Origin: Holophagales bacterium | Lineage (GTDB): Bacteria > Acidobacteriota > Thermoanaerobaculia > Multivoradales > Multivoraceae | Length of the DNA: 64,000 bases | Assembly (NCBI GenBank): GCA_009837085.1 | Contig: VXUF01000048.1 | Coordinates: forward strand, 14,111-78,110 | Direction: 5' to 3' | Shown: positions 52,440-62,300 of the stretch, in pieces | How the letters are laid out: each line of letters opens with the position of its first letter | How positions within the stretch are numbered: the first letter of the stretch is position 1 | The notes under the pieces: generated by a model | The model's input: the letters and a program-made list of their open reading frames with translations, nothing else | The model's database searches: none | Told to the model about the DNA's origin: nothing | Made by a program: the position numbers and the translations under genes

Positions 52440-52456
52440 CTAATGATAGACATTAG
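52440..52456. promoter_or_regulatory. Candidate TetR operator: CTAATG-N5-CATTAG palindrome in the tetR/sulfatase divergent region
   Basis: ctaatgatagacattag is a 17-bp AT-rich dyad in a 40-bp intergenic gap of an otherwise GC-rich region. A third half-site gctaatg lies at 52420-52426. Confidence 0.45.
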
Positions 52457-52474
52457 CAGACGAGGTTCAGAGCG

Positions 52475-55072
52475 ATGAGACCCGGGTTCATCTTCAGCCG
52501 ACGAAGGAGGCGCCGTGGCGGTCTGCGAGTCCTGGCGGCGACGCTCGCGGCGGTCGCGGCCCTTCAGGCGTCGGCGTCGACGGCAGCGGAATCCGAGGCC
52601 CCGGCCTCACCCCGGCCGAACGTCGTCGTCGTGGTCGCGGACGACGTCGGCTTCACGGACCTGGGCGCGTACGGCAGCGAGATTCGCACCCCCCACATCG
52701 ACGCGATCGCCTCGCGCGGCGTCCTCTTCACGAACTTCCACGCCTCGCCGATGTGCTCGCCGTCGCGGGCCATGTTGCTCACCGGGGTCGACTCGCACCT
52801 GACCGATGTCGCCAGCCTGCACGTGGCCACGCCGCTTCGTCATCGCGGCCGACCCGGCTACCGAGGCGAGTTGAGCACGGACGTGATCACGATCGCCAGC
52901 CGCCTGCGCGCCGCCGGCTACCGCACGTACCTGAGCGGCAAGTGGAACCTCGGTCACGCTCCGACCTCGCTGCCCAGCGCGCGCGGGTTCGATCGGACGT
53001 TCGCGCTTGACGCCACCGGCGCCGACAACTTCGAGAAGAAGCCCTACCTGCCGATCTACGGGGAGCCCCCCTGGTTTGCCGACGGCGAACCGACCGACCT
53101 GCCGGACGACTTCTACTCGTCGGAGCACCTCGTGGACAGGCTCGTCGAGTTCATCGACACGGATCGGGTCACGGATGGGGAGCGACAACCGTTCTTCGCC
53201 TACCTCGCCTTTCAGGCGGTCCACCTGCCGGTTCAGGCGCCGCGCGAGTTCATCGAGGGCTACGAGGGCGTGTACGACGAAGGATGGGACGCGCTGCGGA
53301 GGGAGCGTCATCGCGGCGCCGTCGAAGCGGGCGTCTTTCCGCCCGGGGCCGTAGCGTCGACCACGCCCGAGCAGGCGGACTGGGAGGCTCTCTCGCCCGG
53401 CGAGAAGGCGTTCGCCGCCAAGAACATGGCGGTCAACGCGGCGATGCTCGAAGCGATGGACCATCACTTCGGGCGGTTGGTCGAGTACCTCGGGAACGAG
53501 GGACTCCTGGAGAACACCGTCTTCGTGGTGCTGTCCGACAACGGTCCGGAGGCGGGTGACCCGGCGCAGAGCGGTCAGTTCGACCGGTGGGCGAAGCGCG
53601 TCGGCTACCGCCGCGACCTCGAGACGCTCGGTGAGAAGGGGAGCTACGGCATCATCGGCCCGCACTTCGCGCGGGCGGCGGCCGCTCCGCTCGCGTACTA
53701 CAAGTTCCACGGCGGAGAGGGAGGAATTCGCGTTCCCCTGATCATCGCCGGGCCGGGGGTGGAGGCGCGAGGGATCGCTCCGGCCTTCACCTTCGTGACG
53801 GACCTGGTTCCCACGATTCTCGAGCTCACCGGCGCGGGCGACGCCACTCCGTCCGGCAAGCATCCCATCGATGGCCGCAGCCTGGCCCCGGCGCTGCGCG
53901 ATCCTTCGGCCCTGGTCCATCCGTCGCATGAGGCGGTCGGATTCGAGACGGCGGGCCACAGGGGCGTCTTCAAGGGCGACCACAAGCTCGTTCGGGTCGG
54001 CGCTCCCGTGGGCGATGGCCGCTGGCGCCTGTTCGATCTGGCGGAGGACCCGGGCGAGACCCGCGACCTGGCCGCGGAACAACCCGAGCGGTTCTCCGAG
54101 ATGCTGGCGGACTACGAGGCCTACGCCGAGCGCGTGGGAGTGCTCGAGGTGCCTGCCTTCTACTCGCCGACTCGACAGCTAGCGATCAACTACTTCTACG
54201 ACCGCGCAAAGGAGACCTTCATGAAGACCAGGGTATGGACCGGAGCAGGGCTGGCCGTCGTCGTGCTGGCGGCCGCCGTCTGGCTGGGTTTGCCGAGGGT
54301 GCTCGTCGGCCTGGGCCTTCACGCCCACTATGAGATTCCCGCGATCGATCTCGCCGGCCACCGCGCCCTCATCGTGACCACCAGCCACGACACGCTGGGC
54401 GACTCGGGCAAGGCGACCGGCGTCTGGGCGTCGGAGATGACGGTGCCCTACTACGCATTCACGGACGCCGGAATGACGGTCGACGTGGCGAGCATCCAGG
54501 GCGGCGCCATCCCGGTCGAGCGCCAGTCGGTGCGGTGGCCGGTGGCCACGCCGGAGGACAAGCGCTATCTCCGGGATGCGGAGTTTCGATCCAGGGTCGA
54601 GAACTCGTTGGCGATCGCCGACGTGGACGGCAGCGCCTACGACATCGTGTTTCTGGCAGGCGGCTGGGGCGCCGCGTACGACCTCGGCCAGTCGGAAGAA
54701 CTGGGCAGGAAGGTCAGCGAGGCGTACGCCCGCGAATCGGTAGTCGGCGGCGTGTGCCATGGTCCGCTGGGACTGCTTCAGGCGGTGACTCCGGGCGGAG
54801 AACCGCTGGTGCGGGGCCGCCGCGTCTCGGCCGTTTCGGACAAGCAGATCGAGGAACTCGGCATCACCTTCACGCCGATGCACCCGGAGCGTGACCTGCG
54901 CGCCGCCGGAGCGCTGTTCGAGAGCGAGACCAGGTTTCGCGACATGCTCGCGAGCCGCGTCGTCGTCGACGGGCGCCTGGTGACCGGTCAGAACCAGAAC
55001 AGCGGCGCCGAAACGGCGCATCGCATGATGGAGGTTCTGCTGGGGTCGCGGCCGGCCTACGCCGAGAAGTAG
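52475..55072 (+). CDS. Sulfatase (formylglycine type) continuing in-frame into a TM-anchored DJ-1/PfpI (class I glutamine-amidotransferase-like) domain
   Basis: 865-aa uninterrupted ORF. Signal region SRRRRRRGGLRVLAATLAAVAAL. NVVVVVADDVGFTDLG and CSPSR. From aa 583 it reads MKTRVWTGAGLAVVVLAAAVWLGL (TM), then a DJ-1/PfpI-like domain with nucleophile elbow GGVCHGP. Confidence 0.8.
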   Translation: MRPGFIFSRRRRRRGGLRVLAATLAAVAALQASASTAAESEAPASPRPNVVVVVADDVGFTDLGAYGSEIRTPHIDAIASRGVLFTNFHASPMCSPSRAMLLTGVDSHLTDVASLHVATPLRHRGRPGYRGELSTDVITIASRLRAAGYRTYLSGKWNLGHAPTSLPSARGFDRTFALDATGADNFEKKPYLPIYGEPPWFADGEPTDLPDDFYSSEHLVDRLVEFIDTDRVTDGERQPFFAYLAFQAVHLPVQAPREFIEGYEGVYDEGWDALRRERHRGAVEAGVFPPGAVASTTPEQADWEALSPGEKAFAAKNMAVNAAMLEAMDHHFGRLVEYLGNEGLLENTVFVVLSDNGPEAGDPAQSGQFDRWAKRVGYRRDLETLGEKGSYGIIGPHFARAAAAPLAYYKFHGGEGGIRVPLIIAGPGVEARGIAPAFTFVTDLVPTILELTGAGDATPSGKHPIDGRSLAPALRDPSALVHPSHEAVGFETAGHRGVFKGDHKLVRVGAPVGDGRWRLFDLAEDPGETRDLAAEQPERFSEMLADYEAYAERVGVLEVPAFYSPTRQLAINYFYDRAKETFMKTRVWTGAGLAVVVLAAAVWLGLPRVLVGLGLHAHYEIPAIDLAGHRALIVTTSHDTLGDSGKATGVWASEMTVPYYAFTDAGMTVDVASIQGGAIPVERQSVRWPVATPEDKRYLRDAEFRSRVENSLAIADVDGSAYDIVFLAGGWGAAYDLGQSEELGRKVSEAYARESVVGGVCHGPLGLLQAVTPGGEPLVRGRRVSAVSDKQIEELGITFTPMHPERDLRAAGALFESETRFRDMLASRVVVDGRLVTGQNQNSGAETAHRMMEVLLGSRPAYAEK
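54221..55072 (+). CDS. Possible independently initiated DJ-1/PfpI family protein (nested in-frame in the sulfatase ORF)
   Basis: ATG 54221 is preceded by aaggag at 54209-54214 (6-nt spacing). It would give a 283-aa protein with an N-terminal TM/signal anchor. Confidence 0.45.
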   Translation: MKTRVWTGAGLAVVVLAAAVWLGLPRVLVGLGLHAHYEIPAIDLAGHRALIVTTSHDTLGDSGKATGVWASEMTVPYYAFTDAGMTVDVASIQGGAIPVERQSVRWPVATPEDKRYLRDAEFRSRVENSLAIADVDGSAYDIVFLAGGWGAAYDLGQSEELGRKVSEAYARESVVGGVCHGPLGLLQAVTPGGEPLVRGRRVSAVSDKQIEELGITFTPMHPERDLRAAGALFESETRFRDMLASRVVVDGRLVTGQNQNSGAETAHRMMEVLLGSRPAYAEK

Positions 55073-56688
55073 ACCATCACCGCGGCGACGATCAGGACCA
55101 GCACAACCGACAGCGTCCGGTCCAGCCGGCGCTTCGCCGGGTCGGACTCGGCGAGAAGCTCGGCGTTGCCCGCCCGGCTCCAGGTCAGGCCGGCGACGCG
55201 CTGCTCGGAGGGCGGCGGGAACCAGAGGCTCACCGCGACCAGCACGGCCGCGCAGATCAGGAACAGGAAGATCGCGACGTGCATGAAGTTGATGTCGGCG
55301 AAGGTGTAGAGGAAGCCGCTGAGGCTGTCCTTGTTGAGCTCCGCCACCAGACGGCCCATTCCCAGCACGAAGCCGACGGCCAGTGACGCGATCGCGCCCT
55401 GGGCGTTGAGGCGCTTCCAGAACAGGCCCAGCAGGAAGACCGCGGTGATGGGCGGCGAGATGTAGCCCTGGACGCTCTGGAGGTACTGGTAGAGCGTGCC
55501 CGAGATGTTCTGCATCAAGGGGATCCAGAGCAGGCCCAGGCCCACCAGCCCGATGGTGGCCGTCTGCCCGACCAGGACCAGGCGCCGCTCCGAGACGCCG
55601 GGGTGGAGCTTCTTGTAGATGTCGATCGTGATCAGCGTCGAGCACGAGTTGAAGACGGAGGAGAGGCTGCTCATCAGGGCCGCCAGCAAGCCCGCGACGA
55701 CCAGTCCCCGGAAGCCGGCCGGCAGCAGCGCCACCACCAGGGCGGGCAGCGCCTGGTCGGAGGAGGCGAGTTCGAGCTTGCCGGACTGCGACAGGCAGTA
55801 GGCGATCACGCCGGGCACCACGAACAGGAACAGCGGCAACTGCTTGAGGAAGCCGGCGAAGATCGTGCCGCGCCGGGCGTCGTCGATGCCGCGCGCGGAG
55901 AGTGCGCGCTGAACGATGAACTGGTCGGTGCACCAGTACCAGACCGCGATGATCGGCGCGCCGAAGGCGATGCCGGTCCACGGGAAGTCCGGATCGGACA
56001 TCGGCTTCCACATGTCGAAGAAGCCGTCGCCGGCGGTCTCGACCATGACCCGCCAGCCGCCGAGTTCGGCGAGTCCGAGGATGGTCACCGTGGAGGCGCC
56101 GACGATCAGGACGATGGCCTGCAGCAGGTCGGTGTAGACGACGGCGCGGAGGCCGCCGAGCACGGTGTAGACCCCGGTGATGACGACGACCACCAGGGCG
56201 CCGGTCCAGAAGTTGATCCCCATCAGGGTCTCGAAGACGACGCCGCCCGCGTAGATCGTCACCGAGATCTTGGTCAGGACGTAGCCGATGACCGAGATCA
56301 CCGAGAGGTACCAGCGGGCCGCGGGCGAGTAGCGCCGCTCCAGGAACTCCGGCATCGTGAAGATGCCGCTCTTGACGTAGAACGGCACGAAGAGCCAGCC
56401 GAGGATGAGCAGAATGAGCGAGGCCTGGAGCTCGAACTGGCCGAGAACGAGGCCGCTCTCGGCGCCGGTGCCAGCCAGGCCGACGAGATGCTCGGAGCCG
56501 ATGTTCGAGGCGAACAGCGACGCGCCGACGACGAACCAGCCGACGTTGCGGCCGGCGAGGAAGTAGCTCGACGACGTGCGTTCGCCGTGCTGGACGCGCC
56601 TGATGGCCCAGAGCGCGATGGCGAAGACGCCGGCGAAGTAGAGGGCGACGACGGTCCAGTCGAGGGTGGTGATCTTCGCCGTCAGCAT
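55057..56688 (-). CDS. Sodium:solute symporter (SSS family, SGLT-like sugar transporter)
   Basis: 543 aa. YFLAGRNVGWFVVGASLFASNIGSEHLVGLAG and FTMPEFLERRY are typical of Na+/glucose-type SSS transporters. Confidence 0.93.
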   Translation of the reverse strand: MLTAKITTLDWTVVALYFAGVFAIALWAIRRVQHGERTSSSYFLAGRNVGWFVVGASLFASNIGSEHLVGLAGTGAESGLVLGQFELQASLILLILGWLFVPFYVKSGIFTMPEFLERRYSPAARWYLSVISVIGYVLTKISVTIYAGGVVFETLMGINFWTGALVVVVITGVYTVLGGLRAVVYTDLLQAIVLIVGASTVTILGLAELGGWRVMVETAGDGFFDMWKPMSDPDFPWTGIAFGAPIIAVWYWCTDQFIVQRALSARGIDDARRGTIFAGFLKQLPLFLFVVPGVIAYCLSQSGKLELASSDQALPALVVALLPAGFRGLVVAGLLAALMSSLSSVFNSCSTLITIDIYKKLHPGVSERRLVLVGQTATIGLVGLGLLWIPLMQNISGTLYQYLQSVQGYISPPITAVFLLGLFWKRLNAQGAIASLAVGFVLGMGRLVAELNKDSLSGFLYTFADINFMHVAIFLFLICAAVLVAVSLWFPPPSEQRVAGLTWSRAGNAELLAESDPAKRRLDRTLSVVLVLIVAAVMVYFSA

Positions 56689-56696
56689 GGCCCCCT

Positions 56697-56738
56697 CTCC
56701 TCGCTCAGCAAGCCGGCCTCCTCGCTCAGCAACCGGCC
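56697..56738. repeat. Imperfect 21-nt tandem duplication spanning the GH3 stop codon and the SSS ribosome-binding region
   Basis: ctcctcgctcagcaagccggc (56697-56717) is followed by ctcctcgctcagcaaccggcc (56718-56738). Confidence 0.8.
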
Positions 56739-59272
56739 GTCAGCGCGGTGGAATCGGGGGGCGCGATCGCGATGCGTGAGAAACGAAGCGTGAACGGCCT
56801 GTCCGTCGTGATCAGGAAGGGTGTGTCGATGCGGTCCATCTCGGCGCCGGAGTTCTCGAAGCAGCGGAGAGGAATCTGCAGAGTGTCCCATGCTCCTTCG
56901 GGCACGCCCGCGAAGATCGGCGAGACGAGAAGACCGCCGGTACACGGGTAGCCGCAGTCCATCCGCATCTGGACTCGTCCAGCAGGCGCTTGCTCCACCA
57001 GGAAATCGATCTCGAGAGTCATGCCGCTCGCCGTTTCGGCGCGCAGGTCGATGGGATTCGACTGGAGGTAGATCTGGGCCTCGTTGCGGCCTCTCCACTG
57101 CGCCTTCCTCGCGTCTTCCTGGACGTTGCGGTCGACGGCCGAGAGCACGACACCGGATACGCGGCGGCGGGTCTGGCCGCGGCCGTCGGGAGCGGTAACC
57201 CGCCAGTCCGCCTCGTCGCCCACGTAGAACTGCCACCCTTCCGCCGTCCGTCCGTCGAACAGAACGCGGTCTGCTGTCCCGCCTGCATCCGTCGTGCGCA
57301 CCGGCGATGCACCGGCCGGCCGCGTCTCGTCCAGTTCGGGGAGATCGCCGTCGTCGGCGTAGGTCAGGCCGTAGCCGTAGGGGAAGAGCGGGTCGTAGTC
57401 CGGGTCGCCGACGTTGAGAACCGTCTGGTCCAGCGACCGCGGCCAGGAGAAGGAGAGCTTTCCCTGGAAGTCGTGAGTAACTCCGCCGTCCGCCGAGCCG
57501 AAGATGACGTCGGCGACGCCGCCGCCCTCGGAGCCCGGCAACCAGGCGGCGACGAAGGCGTCGGAGGCGTTGATCTCCGGGTTCGTCCACAGCGGGCGCC
57601 CGGACAGGAAGATCGTGACGACCGGAATGCCGGCGGCCCGAAGCCTCCCCATCAACTCGACGTCGGACTTGTCCGCCGGGCTGTACTCGAGGCTCGTCAC
57701 ATCGCCCTGGCCCTCGGCGTAAGGCATCTCGCCGGTCACGTAGATGGCGGCGTCGGGCAGCTCGCCGCTGTACGCGCATCCCTGGCAGAGGACGGCCCGG
57801 CCGCCCGCCGCCTCGACGGTCCGTTCGATGCCGGTCCAGATCGAGGTGGCGCCCGGGAAGTCGTCGTTCGTGTTCTCGGTTCCCTGCCAGGTCAGCGTCC
57901 AGCCGCCGCTCTGCCGGCCGATGTCGTCGGCCGCGGGACCCGCGACCAGCACCAGCGACGTCGGAGGCAGGGGCAGAAGACCGTCGTCGTTCTTCAGCAG
58001 GACGAGAGACTCACGCACCGCCTGCCGGGCCACCTCGCGGTGCTCGGGAGCGCCGAGCAGTTCGAAGCGTCCGCCGAGCGCTCGCTCCGACGGCCGGCCG
58101 CTGTCGAGCAGGCCGGCGCGGGCCTTCACCCTCAGGATGCGCCGCACCGCGTCGTCGAGCCTCTCCTCGGGAATCGCGCCGGAACGTACCTGGCGGAGCG
58201 TGTTCCTGTGGAGCGCCCTCCAGTCTTCCGGGACCATGAAGAGGTCGAGGCCGGCTCGTAGCGTGTCGGCGCAGTCGTCGTTTGTGCAGTTCGGCAACTG
58301 GCCGTGTCCGTTCCAGTCGCCGACAACGAGCCCGTCGAAGGCCATGCGGCCCTTGAGCACGTTCGTCAGCAGCTCGGCGTGGCCGTGCATCTTGCGGCCG
58401 TGCCAACTGCTGAACGAGGCCATCACCGCCTGCGCGCCGGCATCGAGCGCGGCGACGTAGGCAGCGCCGTGGATGTCGCGGAGTTCCTCTTCGCTCGCCC
58501 GCGTGTCTCCCTGATCGATGCCCTCGAAGGTGCCGCCGTCGCCCAGGAAGTGCTTCGCCGTGGCGATCACCCGCTCCTCGCCCAGGAAGTCAGGACTGCC
58601 GACCGCGCCCTGGAGTCCCTCGACCAGGGCGCGCGCGTAGTCGACGACGATCTCGGGATCTTCCGAGTAGCTCTCGTAGGTGCGGCCCCAGCGATCGTCC
58701 CGGGCCACGGCGACGGTCGGCCCGAAGTTCCAGTCGAGGCCGGTAGCGAGCACTTCCCGCGCCGTGACCTCACCGATGCGGCGGATCAGATCCGGATTCC
58801 GCGCCGCGCCGAGCCCGATGTTGTGCGGGAAGATCGTCGCGCCGATCACGTTGTTGTGGCCGTGCACCGCGTCCACGCCCCAGATCACCGGGATGCCGAC
58901 GCCGCCGTCCGAGGTGTCGGTCGAGGCTTCGTGGAACGCGTCGGCCAGGGCCAGCCAGCTTTCCGGCGAGGCGTGCTTGTTCTCGTCGGGAAACGAGCCG
59001 CCGCCGTTCAGCACCGAGCCCAGGTCGTATCGCCGCACGTCCCGCGGCGTGACCGAGCGGATCTCCGCTTGTATGACCTGACCGACCTTCTCGCGGACGG
59101 TCATCCGCTCGATGAGGGCTTCGACGCGCGCTTCGAGCGCCGGATCGGCCGGGAGCGGCGGAGTCAGTTCAGGCCAGACTTCGGCGCGAACCTCGGGGGC
59201 CGGAGCCTGCTGCGCCGGCGCTGGAACCGCCCAGGCGATTACCAGCGCAAGCGCTAGCAGAGGGGCCGTCAC
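56726..59272 (-). CDS. Glycoside hydrolase family 3 exo-beta-glucosidase with a C-terminal ExoP-like galactose-binding-like domain, periplasmic
   Basis: 848 aa. GVDAVHGHNN, KHFLGDGG, nucleophile context GLVVGDWNGH, then Fn3-like and C-terminal extra domains. Signal peptide LLALALVIAWAVPAPAQQ. Confidence 0.95.
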   Translation of the reverse strand: MTAPLLALALVIAWAVPAPAQQAPAPEVRAEVWPELTPPLPADPALEARVEALIERMTVREKVGQVIQAEIRSVTPRDVRRYDLGSVLNGGGSFPDENKHASPESWLALADAFHEASTDTSDGGVGIPVIWGVDAVHGHNNVIGATIFPHNIGLGAARNPDLIRRIGEVTAREVLATGLDWNFGPTVAVARDDRWGRTYESYSEDPEIVVDYARALVEGLQGAVGSPDFLGEERVIATAKHFLGDGGTFEGIDQGDTRASEEELRDIHGAAYVAALDAGAQAVMASFSSWHGRKMHGHAELLTNVLKGRMAFDGLVVGDWNGHGQLPNCTNDDCADTLRAGLDLFMVPEDWRALHRNTLRQVRSGAIPEERLDDAVRRILRVKARAGLLDSGRPSERALGGRFELLGAPEHREVARQAVRESLVLLKNDDGLLPLPPTSLVLVAGPAADDIGRQSGGWTLTWQGTENTNDDFPGATSIWTGIERTVEAAGGRAVLCQGCAYSGELPDAAIYVTGEMPYAEGQGDVTSLEYSPADKSDVELMGRLRAAGIPVVTIFLSGRPLWTNPEINASDAFVAAWLPGSEGGGVADVIFGSADGGVTHDFQGKLSFSWPRSLDQTVLNVGDPDYDPLFPYGYGLTYADDGDLPELDETRPAGASPVRTTDAGGTADRVLFDGRTAEGWQFYVGDEADWRVTAPDGRGQTRRRVSGVVLSAVDRNVQEDARKAQWRGRNEAQIYLQSNPIDLRAETASGMTLEIDFLVEQAPAGRVQMRMDCGYPCTGGLLVSPIFAGVPEGAWDTLQIPLRCFENSGAEMDRIDTPFLITTDRPFTLRFSRIAIAPPDSTALTAGC

Positions 59273-59312
59273 GACGTGGAGTCGTCCGTTTTCCGGCGTC
59301 CCGTGGTGTGCT

Positions 59313-62300
59313 CTAGAACAGCAGCTTGAAGCCGAGCTGCACCTGCCTCGGATCGCGGGCCGCCTGCGCCTCGCCGAAGTTGTTCGGCAGGGTGTAGCCG
59401 GTGATCGCCCTTCTCTCCGTGGCGACGTCGCTGTCGTAGGTGACGCTGCTCGGGTTCATCACCGTGTTGATGCCCACGAAGTTGTCGCGGTTCGTCACGT
59501 TGAACACCTCGAACCGGAACTGGCCGGTCACGCGGTCGGTGATGCGGATGTTCTTGGTCAGCGAGAAGTCGACCTGGAAGAAGTCCGCTCCCTCGCACGC
59601 GCCGGGCCGGGTGTTGCTCAGCGTGCCGAGCTGCCAGCCGACCAGCGTGAAGGCGTCGGGATTGATGACCTGCAACCCACTGCCGCCGCACGCGACCCCC
59701 GTGAGGAGCGGCCGCATGTTCTCGGTGTAGCCGGTGCCGCCGGCGCCGTTGACCCCGGTCAGGTTTCCGGTTCTCACCGTCAGGGCCTGGCCCGAGGAGT
59801 ACTGGACGATCCCGCCGAACTGCCAGGCTCCGAACAGCGCGCGGACGAAGCCGCTCTGGTTCTCGAGCGTGGGCAGGTTGTGGAGCACGTTGGCGTTGAA
59901 CACGTGATCCCGATGCAGGCCTGCGTAGCCGAAGTCGAGATCCGGGTTCTCGCGATCCGTGATCTGACCGGCGAACGAGCCGGCCCCCGCGTCGTTCAGC
60001 GGGTCGTTGGCCTTGAAGCTCGAGAGCGTGTACGAGGCCTGGAACTGGGAACCATTTCCGTACCGCTGCACGTACTGCATCTGGAGACCGTCGTACTCGG
60101 AGATGCCGTTCGACTCCCAGAACAGGATGTTGCCGTCACCGAAGACCGAGAACGGTCGCAGGGCGCCTCGCACCCCGGCGCCGCCGTCGCCCTCGGGGGC
60201 GGTCACGTACTCGAGCCGGTCGGGGATGCCGTTGCCGTTGTTGTCGCCGGAGGCAACCTGGTTGATGTCCGAGCGCCTCGTGATGTGGCGCCCGCGGGTG
60301 CCGACGTAGGCGATCTCGATCGTGCTGCTCCGGCCGAGCCGCTGCTCCCAGGCCACGTTGAACTGGAGGTTGTACGGCGTCTGGAAGTTCGGGTCGATGC
60401 CCGTCTGCGGTCTTCCGAGGCCGCAGTCGAGGCAGGGTTCCGGCGCTTCGTCCAGCTTCCGGATGCCGTTCAGGCTGGAGCGGAAGGGCGGGTTGCCCGC
60501 GAACTCGAGCTGAATGTTCACGCGGTCACGCTGGAAGAACTGGCCGAAGCCGGCCCGGACCACGCTCCTGCCGTTGCCGAAGATGTCGTAAGCCAGACCG
60601 AGGCGCGGCGCGAAGTTGTCCGTGTCGCTGTCCACCAGCCCGCGGCCCGGACCGGTAGAGCCGCCCATCAGGCCCGCATCGCCGCAGGGGTCCGTTCCCG
60701 GTACCTGGAGCAGACCGTTGCACGGGTCGCCGCCCAGCGCGGGATCGAAGGTTCTCGGATCGAATGCCGTGAGCAGGTCGTCGCTGGCGTAGGGCCACTT
60801 GTAGTTCGAGTAGCGGACGCCGTAGTCGAGGTTGAGGCGGGGGTTCACCTGCCAGGAGTCGGCGACGTAGAACTCGACGTCCTCCCAGTTCAGCTCCGGC
60901 GTCGGCTGGTGCGAGTTCTCCGCGTAGCCGAAGGTCATGTCCTGGAGCAGGAAGTCGGCCAGGATGTTGCCGGTGTTGGCGCCCCAGCCGTTGTGACCGG
61001 TGCTCGGGCCCCAGAACTGCGGCGTCTCGGACGCCGAGCTGCCGCCGATGTACTCCTTCTTCTTGTTCTCGCTGTAGAGGGCGCCCACCTTGAGCCAGTG
61101 CTTGCCGAACACCTGCGAGTAGTCGTCCTTGAGCACCATCAGGTCCTGCTTGTTCTCCCAGGGCGCGATGTTCCACAGCGCTCCGTAGCCGGCCGCGCCC
61201 CAGAACACCGGGTGGCTACGGTCCGCGCCGCCCGTCTTGCCGTCGAAGATCGCGGGGATTGCCGCGTTGATCTGGCTGTTCAGCCCCGGGTTGGTGCCGC
61301 CCCGGTTGAGGCTGATCTCGTTGCCCGAGTAGGAGAAGGTGACCGTGTTGACGCTGTTGTCGCCGATCGTCTGGCTGAGCTGGGCCACGAGGGAGTGGCC
61401 GGGCTGGTCCCAGTTCGTGTCGACGGCGGGGTAGGGGTCGTCGCCCCACAGGCCGTTCGCTTCGCCGGCGTTCGGAGCGCCGTTGACCCAGTTGTCCCGG
61501 GTGTAGCGAAGCATCAGCCGGCTGCGATCAGTGGCGTCGTAGTCGAGCCGCAGGTTCGCCTGATCCCAGTCGATCGGCGTAACCACGGCCTCGACCCAGT
61601 TGTTGCAACTGCCGGCCACCGGCGTCACGTTGGGCAGGGGGTAGAGATTCAGCATGCCCTGGCCGCCGGCGTTGATCCGGTCCGATGGAATCATGTTGCC
61701 GGGGAACGGCTGGCCGGTGGTCGGATCGGTCGGGATCGCCGGGGTGCACCCGGGGATCGACGGACCGCTGAAGTCACCGGCGCGCTCGGCCGCCGTGGGG
61801 ACGAAGCCCGTCCGGGCGATGCCGCGCTCTTCCTGGTTCCACTCGCCGGAGAGGAAGAAGTGCAGCTTGTCCTGCTGGATCGGGCCGCCGAGGGTGAAGC
61901 CGTAGTCCTGACGGTCGAGGGGCTCCGTGTCCAGGCCGGCCTGCTCCAGGAAGTAGTTCGTCTCGTTCCAGGAGTCGTCGCGCATGAACGTGTAGGCGCT
62001 GCCGCGGAACTCGTTCGTGCCGCCGCGCGTCACGATGTTGATCTGGCCACCGGCGGCGCCCCCGAACTCGGGGCTGTAGCTGTTCCGGTGGATCTTGAAC
62101 TCCTCGATCGCGTCGACCGAGGGGTAGATGAGGATCGTGCGGTTGGAGCCGACGTCGTTGTTGTTCGCGCCGTCGACCGTCCACAGGTTGCCGGTGGTGC
62201 CGCTGCCGCTGATCGACAGGTCGACGCCGGCCAGCAGGCCCTTGTTCTTCGTATCGAAGCCCTCGGGCGAGCTCACGCCCGGCTGCAGGAGCGTCAACTG

